Below are positions 12,462 through 24,620 of a DNA stretch of 64,000 bases, piece after piece; position 1 is the first letter of the stretch, and each line of letters starts with the position of its first letter. A program made the position numbers and the translations under genes. Location of the stretch: the NCBI GenBank assembly GCA_028023455.1, contig JAQFVV010000008.1:4960001-5024000 (forward strand). The letters run 5' to 3'. This DNA comes from Epiperipatus broadwayi (lineage: Eukaryota; Animalia; Onychophora). The notes under the pieces were generated by a model that had not been told where the DNA came from, searched no databases, and saw only the letters and a list, made by a program, of their open reading frames with translations.

Positions 12462-15012
12462 GTGAAGAAATTTCATAATAAAATGTATCATTGGTTCAAA
12501 GTTATGGGTAATGAGCCAAGATTTGAATTAGTTACTAATCAGTCACGAACACTAATTAATTGTGTGATTTCTGATAATCATACTGTGTCGGATATTTCTA
12601 CATCAGATATGATTCCAATTGATACTGATCAATTATTTATATCATCTTCACATTCATTAGATTGTGCTGAAATGTTACCATCTGTTCTTAATAGTGATGC
12701 TGGTTTAGCATTGGTTCATAGAGTTACAGATTCTTCTGAATGCACTAACAATATTTTAGTTTCTGGAAATACAAATACTAATAAATCTAACTCAAATATT
12801 TGTAGCAATGACTTTTTATGTTTAGCTAATAAGGAAAACAATATGATTAATCTAACTAACATTAATCTTAGTGAGGCAGAATGTTCACTGTTAAATAAAG
12901 GTTTATCTTTTTGCCCTACAGTTCAGTCATTTTATCAAAAAAATGAATTTAAAATTCATCAGGATTTAGATAATTTTTCAAGAAGACTTAGATTAAGATA
13001 ATTTTTTGGAAACCAAGAATGTGATACTATTGGGAAATTACGATTACGATCTGATTGGACACCACCACATCAAAGGAATGTGTTATTAGATACGTACATT
13101 GATAATGTATAAGAGTAATTTAACATTGAGATAGATGAATGCATTACACAATTTAGTGAAAAGACAGGATATTATGATAAAACCAGCTGACAAAGGTGGA
13201 TCAATAGTAATTATGAATAAAGATGATTATGTTAAAAAAGCTCTGGAGCTTTTAGATGATAAAATTTTTTATGAGCCTATTTCACTAACCACTATTAATT
13301 CATTATTCAAGGGTATACTTTTTAGTTTAAAAGGTATGAGAGCTAGGGGTCTTATAAATAATAATGTATATAACTTTTTAGTACCAACCAAAATTCATCC
13401 TAGTAGTTTTTATATTTTGCCAAAGATTCATAAACCTGGTTGTCCAGGCAGACCTATTGTAGCTAGTATTGATAGTCCTACAGAAAATATTTCAGCATAT
13501 GTTGATAATATTATTAAATTTATTCCACCATCATTTAATTCTTATGTTAAAGATACTACTCATTTTCTTTGTGTGTTAGAAAATATTAAATCTGAATTAC
13601 CAGTTAATTGTTTTTTGGTTACTTTGGATATTGTATCATTATACACAAATATACCTCATGATGATGGAGTTGAGGCTATTAAATGTGCTTTACAAGATAG
13701 AGAGTATGATCATGGTCTTATTACTACTATGGTTGAATTAATATATTTGGTTTTAAGAAATATTTTTTTTACTTTTGATTCTAGATACTATTTACAGAAA
13801 CAAGGTACTGAAATGGGTACAAAGATGGCACCAAGTTATGCGAATATTTTTATGTCAAAACTAGAGTCCTCTATATTTGATAATGCTAAGCTGAAACCTC
13901 ACACTTGGCTTAGATATATCGATGACATTTTCATGATATGGCCACATAGTGAAGTTGAACTTCATAATTTTTTAAGTTATTTAAATAATTTTAATAAACA
14001 TATTAATTTCACAATGAATTTTTCAAAATCAATTGCTCATTTTCTTGATGTTGAAGTTATTTACACTAATAGAGTTCTTACTACTACTGTATATAGGAAA
14101 CCAACTGATAATAACCGATATCTACATTTTTATAGTAATCATCCTAAACATTTAAAGGCTAATATTCCTTATAGTCAATTTTTAAGGATGAAGAGGATTT
14201 GTAATGATGAGAAATTTCTTCAACAAAATAATAGTATTTTATATAATAGATTGCTCAATATGAGGTATCCTAAGACATTGTTGGATAATGCAGTAAGGAG
14301 ATCTTCTTTAATTGATAGAAAGAAACTTCTTTTATCTGAAAAGAGTAAAAAACAATTAGATGTTCCACCATTGGTTCTTACTTTTAATAGAGATTTACCT
14401 AATATTAACCGGATATTGGCGAAACATTTTAACATATTACAGTCCACAGATTATTTAAAATCTATTTTTTCTGATCCACCTAAGGTTGTATATTGAAAAC
14501 ATAGATCACTTAGAGATATACTTGTCAAAACAAATTTTATTAGTAGTTCTGTACAGGAAAAAGGATGTTCTCCATGTGAGGATAAAAGATGTTTTACATG
14601 TAAACATATTGTTGTGACAAAAGTGGTCTTTAGTACTAAGAATCGTAATTTTAAATGGTATATTCCTAATTATGTTACATGTAAAAGTGTTAATTTGATG
14701 TATTTGATAGAGTGTAGTAGATGTTTAAACCAGTATATAGGTGAGTCAGCAAATAGTTTACATGTCAGAATGACTAATCATAGATTTGACATTTTGCATA
14801 AGAATAAAGATAGACCGGTTTCAAAACATTTTAACTTACCGAATCATTCAATTGATGATTTGAAAGTAGTGATTCTTCAGGAAGGTTTTTCTTCTACAAG
14901 GGAGAGGAAACAATCGAAGAGTTTTTTTATTTTTAAATTCAAGACCTTAGAACCACATGGATTGAATTTGAACACTGGAACTATTACATCTCTGGGTTAC
15001 CTGGTCTCCTAA
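12459..15012 (+). pseudogene. PLE RT-GIY-YIG polyprotein, disrupted
   Basis: INLTNINLSEAECSLLNKGLSFCPT; IKPADKGG; LPKIHKPGCPGRPIV; TLDIVSLYTNIPH; GTEMGTKMAPSYANIFM; LRYIDDIF; YRKPTD; Cys linker CSPCEDKRCFTCKHI; YLIECSRCLNQYIGE..RMTNH. Lesions: three TAA stops and a frameshift at ~13000-13135, and an in-frame TGA at 14494-14496. Confidence 0.95.
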
Positions 15013-15241
15013 ATGATTTCTATATGTGAGTTTTTTATGTGAAAATTTTCTTATATGAGGTTTTTTTATGTAAAGATTGGTTATATGAATGTTTAATATC
15101 TGTGTTTAATTGGTTTATAGATAAATAATTAGTTTTTATAAATTATTGTACTTTGCACTAACTATAATTTTTGATTAAAATATATAAATATTTTAGTTTT
15201 TAGAAATATTATTGTGAGCACAGCTATTTTTTGTATGTGAG

Positions 15242-15584
15242 CATAGTCTAATTTTTCTATGTATGCACATATGTATATTTTAATTTTTAATTTTGGATTT
15301 TTTATTTTTATATTTATTTTAATTTAAATAGAATTTAAGCTTGATTAGGAGGGAATGTAGTTTTTTTTTTGTTTGAATTTTGTCATTGATTGGGTAGATA
15401 TTCTGTGTTAGATTTTGTGACCAATCAGGGGGTTTTGTTACAATTTTTAATCTTTTACCAAATCTGTAATTTTTGATTATCGCCATTTCACTGTGTATTT
15501 TTTTTTCTTTCTGATGAAAACCAGTCCTCTGGTTGAAATATTATATTATTTATTGGATTTATAAGTCTTTTTTTGTTTTTATAT
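15242..15584 (+). repeat. 3' pseudo-LTR of the Neptune-type PLE
   Basis: Follows the GIY-YIG ORF; reverse complement of 12118-12461; contains an HHR-like core. Confidence 0.95.
15511..15546 (+). ncRNA. Hammerhead ribozyme-like core (family N) in the Neptune pLTR; second copy on the minus strand at 12156-12191
   Basis: CTGATGA-A-AACCAG(tcct)CTGGTT-GAAA-TATTATAT; stem II and core are clear, stem I is not convincingly paired. Confidence 0.6.
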
Positions 15585-17501
15585 GTATTGCCTTTGGTTA
15601 GTTTGTTATTTATTAATATATATATATATCTTCATTGCCTTTGGTTAGTTTGTTATTTATTAATATATATATATATCTTCATCAAAGTAATTATTTACCT
15701 TTTATTGTATTAACCTGGATTTATTCCAAAAGAACATTTTTTTCTATAAAATCCTGAATATATTATGTTGATACTTAAAAATAATTAGAACTGGTGTTAT
15801 TGAAATCAGCTAAATTTTTAATTCTATAATAAATTATAATTGTTTTCTTTTGGATAAATTCAGACTGTGTAATTCATGCTTTTATTTTTGTATATAATTT
15901 TCAGTAAGTTGCAATTAAAGGTAAGCTCATTTTAATTTTTCTTAAATGATAATAACCAAAAATCAGTAACTAACTTAAAGTATTTTTTTTAATTTGGGTA
16001 CGTTTATAAATTGCATAGTGTCCTCCTAGTGTGTCTGCACTTTTTAGATGCGAATTGGTTTTTTTAATCTTTCATTCAACTATTTCAAATATTAAAAAGT
16101 GCAAAATCATAGTCGCTCATCATGTGATTATCAAGTAATCTAGAGGACTCTTAAAATAAACAAATATTTTTACACCTAAAAATATATATAGTCAAATATA
16201 TACCTTTAATTTAAATGTTGTTTGTTCATTTTTGTTTTATATGTATCTAAATAACTTATTTGTTAATTTAATTGATATTTACTTCAGTGTACATTGTGCT
16301 TTTATGAGTGATATTGATGGTGTAATACAAATTAATCAATATTGTTTATATAAATACTAGAACCTAATGAGAAAATAGTACTTGCAGGCCATTAAATATC
16401 AAAGACCACATATCATAATTCTTCAGAGTTAAGAAGATCCTTATCCAGTCTTAATACAGCAGACATAATTAAAAATATAAACAATCATAACCAAAAATGT
16501 TTTCATCTATATCTTTTTAGAGCAATATTTACTAACAAAGATTAAAAATTTCTTAATGGCATTTAAAATGTAATTGAAAATTAATATATTGATGTGAGAT
16601 ATAAACTGTTAAAATACAATATTTCAATCATTCTGTATAATAAAGCTATTCTATTATTAATGTCATGTTAAAAAACTAAAGCAAATTTAACATATCTAAG
16701 GATCAATTTTAAAATAAGTTATATATCTTGGAAGTATTTTTTTACCAACAGAATGTAAATTAAATCCACATAATCTACACAATATGTTTGTACTTACATT
16801 CATATAGTTGATAATCTAGAGGGACAACATTTTTTTATTTGGAACCACTTACACTTGCCTAAATTTTAAAAATAAGTTATATTTATTATAAAACAAAGCT
16901 AAAATAAGGATTATCCAAATACTAATAGAACCTATTGTTTTTATTTATATGACTCATAACCTCTTTATTAATTTTTTTTCAAAACAGTTAACTTTTATTA
17001 ATGGTTATTATAACTTTGTAATCTTTTATTTTTTTATTGTTGAAACTCTTGCCCATTTTTTAAATAACTCATGTCCCAATAATTACTTAGTATGCTTTTT
17101 TTAATAATAAAAATATGCATGTTTATGTAAATTTTTATTCTTAAAGATGTTTATATAAACTTATATATGCATATATATTATACCCTGCCAATAGGACAAT
17201 GACCCCTAGATGACATGATAAGTCCTTAAATTGGACTACATTGTTACCTTCTCTAGGTATAGTTTGATACTCTTACTTATGTTATGTTTAATTAGTATTA
17301 GTAGTTATAAGATCTGCTAACCCATTAACAAGATTACATACCCTTTAATATTAAACAAATACCAACATATCTGTTCAATGGCATAAGAATACTAGGACTC
17401 TCCTCCTTATTAAGTAAATAAATATAATAAAACATCTATTATTATTAAATTTAAGTTAATCTAATTAATAAGTTAGATTATCATTTTATGGTATATTGAA
17501 C

Positions 17502-17647
<146 letters not shown>

Positions 17648-18299
17648 AGATTATAATTATGAATAACCATAATAATAATATTATACTAAGGAAATCTCAG
17701 GATTTTCGTTGATTTTTAATTAGCTATCTATTCCACCTATAAGATAACAAGGGGGATTTTACTTAAACTCTATAAATAGTGTTTTAATAAAGAAAAGCCT
17801 TATAACATTAATCTATAATTTAAATTATACTACTATTTTATATTCATGTTCTCTAATACTTAATAATAAATAACTATTGTTATCTAAATTATAATTATAA
17901 TTCATAACTTTAACTAATAACTAATTCATACTCTGATTTTTATTAATAAACATACTTTAATAAATTTACAATATATTTTATCAATGATTTACATGATCAA
18001 AGCAGTTTGCAATAATTTAAGATCTCATTCAAGAAATATTTTCCCAGATAATTGTTATACAATATCTTGTCCTCAATTAATTTCTCCACCAAACCTCAAA
18101 CTATATGTTGTGGTTAATGTATATATTACAATTCATACTCTCTGATGATATGTAGTGATGATGATCCCATCAAAAGAAATGCAACTCTAGATACTTAGCT
18201 TAACTCTTTAACATCAACTTTAATAACATCTTATTTACAAATTTTCAATAATTAATTTTACCTAATAAATGAATTCACATAAACCATATAAAAATTATA

Positions 18300-19490
18300 T
18301 AAGAATATTCATACTATTTTTGAAGGAAAATGGTATAAAATGAAGCAGGGATGGCCAATAGGCCTAGCCATTAGTGGCATAATGTCCAGCATCTTTTTAA
18401 ACTATCATGAGAAACAAGTAATACCAAATATACAAGCAGATAAGCCCATAATGATATATCTTAGATATGTGGACAACGTGTTTATAGCTGCCAAAAGAAG
18501 TACAATCTTAAACATCAGCAAAGAATTACATCTGATGTCTAAACTCACACTAAATTCCACATGGGAAAATGATCAACACCATATAAAATACCTAGACATA
18601 CAAAGAGAAGATAAACAATTAATGTACTGCATGACCATCAAAACCCTAGAAATTAGAGGATACAATAGTTCCCAACTCACATAAATATGCTGGACTGAAT
18701 CCCTTTCTACATAGAAATAATTATTCGTGTAAATGTAATTCAGACAAAAGAGATAACATATTAAAATACATCAAAAAACTAATATCAGTTGGCCAGAAAT
18801 ATAGACACATAACTAAAAGAATAGCACAGTTCCAAGCAAAAATAAACCAGCAAGGCAGAATCAGGGATAATAAACCACAAATAACTATACCATATATACC
18901 CAACATTGCCAAACATTTAGCTAAAACTTTATCAAAAGAATTTATTATTGGTTTCCACACTTCAGCCAACACCAATAGACTAATAAACAATTCAAAAGAT
19001 AAACTTGAGCCCAAATTAACATCTCAAGTGGTGTACCAAATACAATTTCCTCAGGCCAGATGCAGAACCTCATATTATGGGGAAACAAAAACTACCATTA
19101 CAATGAGAGCTTCCTTAGCACAGATATATGTATAAAAGGGCACGGAATAACAAGGAGTCTACATCAGCATTCTTGGAACATGAAAAAGCTACTGGACACA
19201 GATTTGTACCCACCAACCCCAGAATAGTGTGCAAAGAGAGAAACAACCATAGGCACAAAATAAAGGGGGCATATTTCATAAATAATGACACCCAATCAAT
19301 TAATAGAAAAGACACCTGTTTCACCATTTCAAAAAGATGGACAAACTAATTCAAACAATATTTTAAATAAAATATTGAAACATCTAACTAATTAACATAA
19401 ATTTGAATACTCCCACTCATCACTATCAGCTGCACACAGCTATGAGTATGAAGCCATGGAGCTTTGAAAGCACTAAGCTTTAAATAAATT
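18300..19490 (+). mobile_element. Degraded Penelope/Poseidon-type PLE remnant (RT C-terminal half plus GIY-YIG)
   Basis: YKMKQGWPIGLAISGIMSSIFL; YLRYVDNVF; IKYLDI; VVYQIQ..YYGET; SAFLEHEKATGHRF; downstream degenerate TATGA-AGC..GCTT-TGAAAGC..GCTT-TAAATAAA at ~19447-19488. Confidence 0.8.
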
Positions 19491-20846
19491 ATTAATAAAT
19501 ATAACTTCTTTAACAAGCGTTAAAAGCGAATAATTATTGATATTATATAACAATATAGAATAAATTATAAATTATATAACAATATAATACAATAATATAT
19601 ATATATATATATATATATGAACATGTCTATTTCCCTTAATTAAAAAGAGATATTTAAAATAAAAGAAATGTCCTGCTCATACAATAAGATATTGTGTGTT
19701 ACTTAACTTTATTTTTTATATCACAAAATCATTTGTTAGTTATTAAATAATCAATCCCCTTTTTATGGATTTGATTTATGCTCATTATCCCTTATAGATT
19801 ATGCTGCAAAATATAAGAAGATTTAAAATATGGATTATTATTTTATTTCTTCATTAAAATAATCTCATTATAAAATTACGAAATATTACATATTTATCTG
19901 TGTTTATATTTTATGATATTCACCATTTGATCTCTCTCTTTACTTTGCACTAAGATATTAATACAATAATTATGAAATTATTAATTTGTTTTATAATCTA
20001 ACACTCAATTTTCCTATGGTCTTATTATCAACCCTATAATAAGATACAACAAATGAAACATAGATGACAACTCATCTCTTCCTGGACTAATTTCCATTAG
20101 CAATTTATGATATTAATCTAAATGTTGATAGAACACTTTTTGGTGCATCATAAATAAATAAAAAAAATCCTTATCTTTATTTTATCTAATAATTTATGTA
20201 TTAACTTCCTATTTTCAATTTATACCTGTTTCCTATATGTTTTGTAAATAATAACCTATAAAGAATTATAAATTAAAATTATCTATAACTCTATTACAAT
20301 TATATTAAAGCATTAATAGTTAACATAAAATCATACCATAAATATTATTATTTATCATTATCAATATTATCTTCAAATACAGATGATGTAATATGTTGGA
20401 CTATTTCTATCATTTATGAGTGAATGTTGAATGTATAAAAAATTTTAAACTTTGTTTAAACTTTCCAAATACAAACAATTTGTTAGTAATAACACACAAA
20501 TAGACAATACAGGTTAGTAATTACACAATGTTTTGAGTAGTATTATTCTCCACTCTTCTTCCGGTGTTGCTGGCCTATATCTCACAGTGACAATATTTGT
20601 TTAGAAGTTAGACTCGCACCTTTAGATTCTTGTATATCAAATTTTAAGGCAAATGCTCTACTAACTGAGCTATTCTGTCAAAGGCAACATATAGTAGAAA
20701 TTTGATATATTTATATATAAGGGTTGGTTCAAAATCTCCTGAGTCCTTCAATTTTTTTTTAACAAGTCTAATTATTTTTATTTTTAATTTTTCCTAAGAG
20801 TAAGATTAATTAGAGGCTTCCATGCATTGTGTATTGCAACAATGGG

Positions 20847-23030
20847 TTAACTTATAGGATTATTTACCATTGTCATATGAGCAGCTTCCTTGAATTTTCT
20901 TCTATGCATTTTTTCCTCCTTATCCATTATCTTTGTATTTTCCCACTTATCTGCTATGGTAGACACGTCTTTTTTTCTTTTAACCATTAGTGTGTGTTCC
21001 TTCAATCGTTGTTCAACAGGGTGATAGATTTCACCAATGTATTTCCTTCCACATTCACATGGTATTTCATAGATGCAGTTTTTGTTTTTCAGCATTTTCA
21101 GATTTTCAGTTTAGTCTTAGTAGAAGTAAGCATTCCTTGAAGAGAGAAATGGCTTTGGAAAGCTGTTTTAATATTATATTGACTGCAGATTTTCTTTAGT
21201 TTGTCTGCCATTCCTGGTATCTATGGATATACTACTGTACCACTAACTGTTTTATCTTTTGGTGTCTCTTTGTTTTGTCTATTGAAAGTTTTTCTGGTAA
21301 CTGCTGATGGATAACCATTCTTAATAAGCATTTGTTCTATGTGAATCTTTTCTTTTTTCCAAATCACTGGTTTCTGAACAAACTTTCTTTGCTCTATTCC
21401 ATACTGATAGTACAATTCCTTGTTTAGTGCTTCTTGTATGATTGGATGTATATGCCAAGTATTTTCCAGTGTGTGTTGGTTTCCTATATTCTGTTGTTTT
21501 TTCTTTGCCCTGGGGGAGTCTTGTCACAAGAACATCCAAGAATGCCAATTTTTGTTCTTGTTCTGCTTCCATCGTGAAATTAATTGTAGGAGATATGTTG
21601 TTAATGTGCATCCAGAAAGTCTGTAATTTTACCTTGCCATGTGGCCATACTACAAATGTATCATCAACATATTGAAGCCACACTTTAGGTGGACATGGAG
21701 TAGTATTTATGGCTGTGGTTTTTTCTTCCATGTAAATGTTGCTGAGCAAGGGTGACAGTGATCTCATGGCCATCCCTTGATTTTGTTGGAAGAATTCTGA
21801 GTTATATTGAAAGTATGTTGTTGTTACACAGAAAATAGGTAGAGCTGTTCTAGTTTGTAGACTATTATCATAATATAACCTTTTCCTTACAATAGACAGT
21901 GCTTCATCATATGGTACATTTGTAAACAGACTTTCCACATCAAAGCTTACCAATATGTCAGTTCTTTCCATTTTCATGTTCCTGACTAATTCTACAAAGT
22001 GCTTAGAATCCCTGATGAAAGACGGTGTCATATGCCAATGGACTAAGAACTTCGAGAAGAAATCTTGACAAATTTTGACAGGGTGAATCTCTAGTACTAA
22101 CAATAGGTCTTAATGGAACATTGTCTTTATGGATTTTAGGCAGTCCATACAGGTGAGGAATCTTGCTGAAATACAAAGTTAATTTTCTTTTTTCTGAATC
22201 ACTGAAATACTTGTGGTGCTTTTGGAGTAATGCTTGTAGTTTTACTTCTGTATTTGGAATTGGATTTTTTGCTACTTTTTTGTATTGGCCTGCTGTGAGA
22301 AGGCCTTGTATTTTGTTATCATAATCAGTTATATACATTACAATTGTAGTGTTACCTTTGTCAGCAGGAAGAATGATTATAGATGTATCCTGTTTGAGAG
22401 ATTTAATAGCTTTTTTCTCACAGCATGAAATGTTTGACTTCTGCTTGTGCACTTGATGTCTTTCAAGTGTCCTTTTTACTCTCCAGCATAACTCTGCCGC
22501 TTCCTCTAGATTCAAATTTTGGGTCACTTCATCAGTGGTGGCCATTATATCCAATAGTGGGACAGTAGATGGTGTAATGGCAAAATTCAAACCTTTTTCA
22601 AGAACTGATAATTCACAATCGGTAAGTTGTTTAGAACTGAGATTTTTCACTGATGATGAGAATAGATTAGTTGCAGTATTACTTTTGACTTGCCCATGTA
22701 GATTTACAAGCTTCTTCTTCTGAAGTTCCTTTATCCTTCCATGTAACTTACAATATGATCTGCTCACTGCATGACAAATTCTTGAGAAATCTTCATCTGT
22801 AACTTTGTTTTGTAGGAACGATTCCACATTTCTAATAGATCGCAATGTTTGATACTTGGTAAACCACTGAACCTTTATACTTTCTCTCAATAAGGCCTCA
22901 TTTGCTCTCTGAATAATTTTCTCAGCTCTCTTGGAGGAAATAGGAGGTTTTAACTGCAAACCCTTAGGGAAGATCCCTTCTGATTTACATAAGAATGTTA
23001 AATGATTTTCTACTTTAGCCAGTTTTAGAC
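20847..23030 (-). pseudogene. PLE RT-GIY-YIG polyprotein, frameshifted
   Basis: ENHLTFLCKSEGIFPKGL; VLEKGLNFAITP; IILPADKGNTT; LYGLPKIHKDNVPLRPIVS; VSFDVESLFTNVP; QGMAM; QYVDDTFVVW; LAFLDVLV; YRKPTHTGKYL; KNGYP; CIYEIPCECGRKYIGE; RKFKEA. The ORF-track start at 23097 is read-through of the inverted repeat. Confidence 0.95.
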
Positions 23031-23141
23031 ATAAAATAAAAATAAAAATAATTAGACTTGTTAAAAAAATTGAAGGACTCAGGAGAATTTGAACCAACCC
23101 TCATATATAAATATATCAAATTTCTACTATATGTTGCCTTT

Positions 23142-23233
23142 GACAGAATAGCTCAGTTGGTAGAGCGTTTGCCTTAAAATTCGATATACAAGAATCTAAA
23201 GGTGCGAGTTCAACTTCTAAGCAAATATTGTCA
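23142..23233 (+). pseudogene. tRNA-derived (Phe/Tyr-like) sequence inside the pLTR; second copy on the minus strand at 20588-20679
   Basis: A box/D arm TAGCTCAGTTGGTAGAGC, ATCTAAAGGT segment as in eukaryotic tRNA-Phe, degenerate B box GAGTTCAAC, partial acceptor pairing GACA/TGTC; the anticodon stem does not pair, so this is not a functional tRNA. Confidence 0.7.
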
Positions 23234-23449
23234 CTGTACATATAACCTGTATTGTCTATTTGTGTGTTATTACTAACAAGTTGTTTGTATTTGGAAAGTT
23301 TAAATAAAGTTTAAAATTTTCTATACATTCAACATTCATTCATAAATGATGGAAATAGTCCAACATATCACATCTTATAATATATCATCATTACAAACCT
23401 TCGGACAAATACAAACATTGTGTTGCCTTTTTTAAATACAAGTTCATCA

Positions 23450-24620
23450 TAAAAAAAACTTTAATTTTTTAATGGTATTTCAATCGTTACAACATTAACC
23501 TTCCTCTCACTTTTGCTCTTTTTATTTTCATAAGAAAAGTATAAACTTATACAATTCCAATGTAAACAGATTATTAACAATTTCTCATATATTTTTTCCC
23601 TGTGACAGTCAAAGATTCTCTTGAACTTGCATATTGTATTTTATGCAAATACTTCTCGTGTTTATTATGGTATCCATTTTCACTAGTCTACTATTATGCT
23701 TCAGTCTTCTCATTATTTCTTTCATACTTTTTGTAAATGTTATCATTTAAAATAGAGTATTTTACACTTCTTTAAATATAGACAGACATTATTTTCAATA
23801 TACATTTTATATTCTCAAATAAGCTAATGTTCCTTCCATTGATTTATTCCACTCTTTCTCCTCCATACATATTTATTCTTTACTATTTGTCTTCAGTAAT
23901 TATCTAATTTTGTACACTTATCTTGTTTGTTTTTGTTTTTGTTTTTTTTGTTTTGTTTTTTTTGCATTTTTGACAGTTTAAATAAATAATTATTTCATTT
24001 TCCCAGTAGAACACTATGACTTATTACAAGTATAAATATAATCCTTAGTCAAAAATTTCCTTTTTCATTGGCCTTGTATTACATTCATATATTATTCTAA
24101 CTTTTAATCTTTTATTTTGCCATATATATATAACTTATCATAATTTTTTTTATTCTACTTGAAAGTTATACTCAACTAATAATGATCTGTTTATATCTTT
24201 TCTACTATGGAAATTTTCATTTAGATGCACTTTTGTATGTTCTATTTTCATACTAAGTACACTATATTCCCATTATTATTCATTCCTACTTTAGTTTTAA
24301 TAATCTTTAAAAATGTACATTTAGCTCTATCATGAATAATTTGTTATTCATCCATTGATTCCACTTTAATCTTGCATAACTGTTATGATAGTCAAAATGC
24401 ATAAATATTTTATCTTGATTATTAAGCAAATTAGGTGTTAACATAATACTCATGGTGTTTTCTTTTAGTTCAGGTATTACTAAATAATATTTTAGCATAA
24501 ATGTACAACTTTTTCCTTTCATCCTTCCAATATTTTTTTCAATGTAATGACTCCATGACATTTTGGTAAAATTATTAATTTGTTGAGTTTGCCATCAGAG
24601 ATCTTGTTGTACTCCATCAT
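23450..24620 (-). mobile_element. Very degraded LINE ORF2 C-terminal remnant (possibly RTEX-like)
   Basis: Weak matches only: YDGV..DL*W, MSWSHYIEK (cf. YLGV..D..L.W..HI), RRLKHNSRL..NTRSIC. Confidence 0.35.

Larger units (their letters stand above)
12118..15584 (+). mobile_element. Penelope-like retroelement, Neptune-type, 5'-truncated with inverted pseudo-LTR
   Basis: PLE RT plus C-terminal GIY-YIG ORF between ~344-bp inverted repeats (12118-12461 and 15242-15584). Confidence 0.95.
20385..23374 (-). mobile_element. Penelope-like retroelement, Poseidon/Penelope-type, 5'-truncated with inverted pseudo-LTR
   Basis: PLE RT plus GIY-YIG on the minus strand between inverted repeats ~20385-20786 and ~23036-23374. 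Confidence 0.95.

Noticed and set aside
14494-14496. Single in-frame TGA between RT and GIY-YIG as possible selenocysteine (reported in some Naiad PLEs)
   Set aside because: It falls where related PLEs typically have Arg (VVY*KHRSLRDIL), so CGA to TGA decay is simpler; the ORF has other lesions and I saw no SECIS
12999-16600. Non-standard genetic code (TAA/TAG as Gln, or TGA as Trp), suggested by clustered in-frame stops
   Set aside because: Long TE ORFs (453 and 548 aa) contain no TAA/TAG and use CAA for Gln despite the AT bias; the stops are explained by decay and frameshifts
23142-23233. Functional tRNA gene
   Set aside because: The anticodon and T stems do not pair properly; annotated as a tRNA-derived pseudogene
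23129-23368. Long-range ATATGTTG/CAACATAT pairing next to GAAATAGTC, as a hammerhead with the tRNA-like module inserted in stem II
   Set aside because: There is no proper CUGANGA (only TTGACAGA, which overlaps the tRNA acceptor stem) and no stem II closure; chance pairing is plausible
24307-24561. ORF with YARLKWNQWMNNK resembling a Fanzor/TnpB segment
   Set aside because: No RuvC motifs (D-PG, DE..TS, zinc finger) nearby; the flanks fit a degraded LINE better
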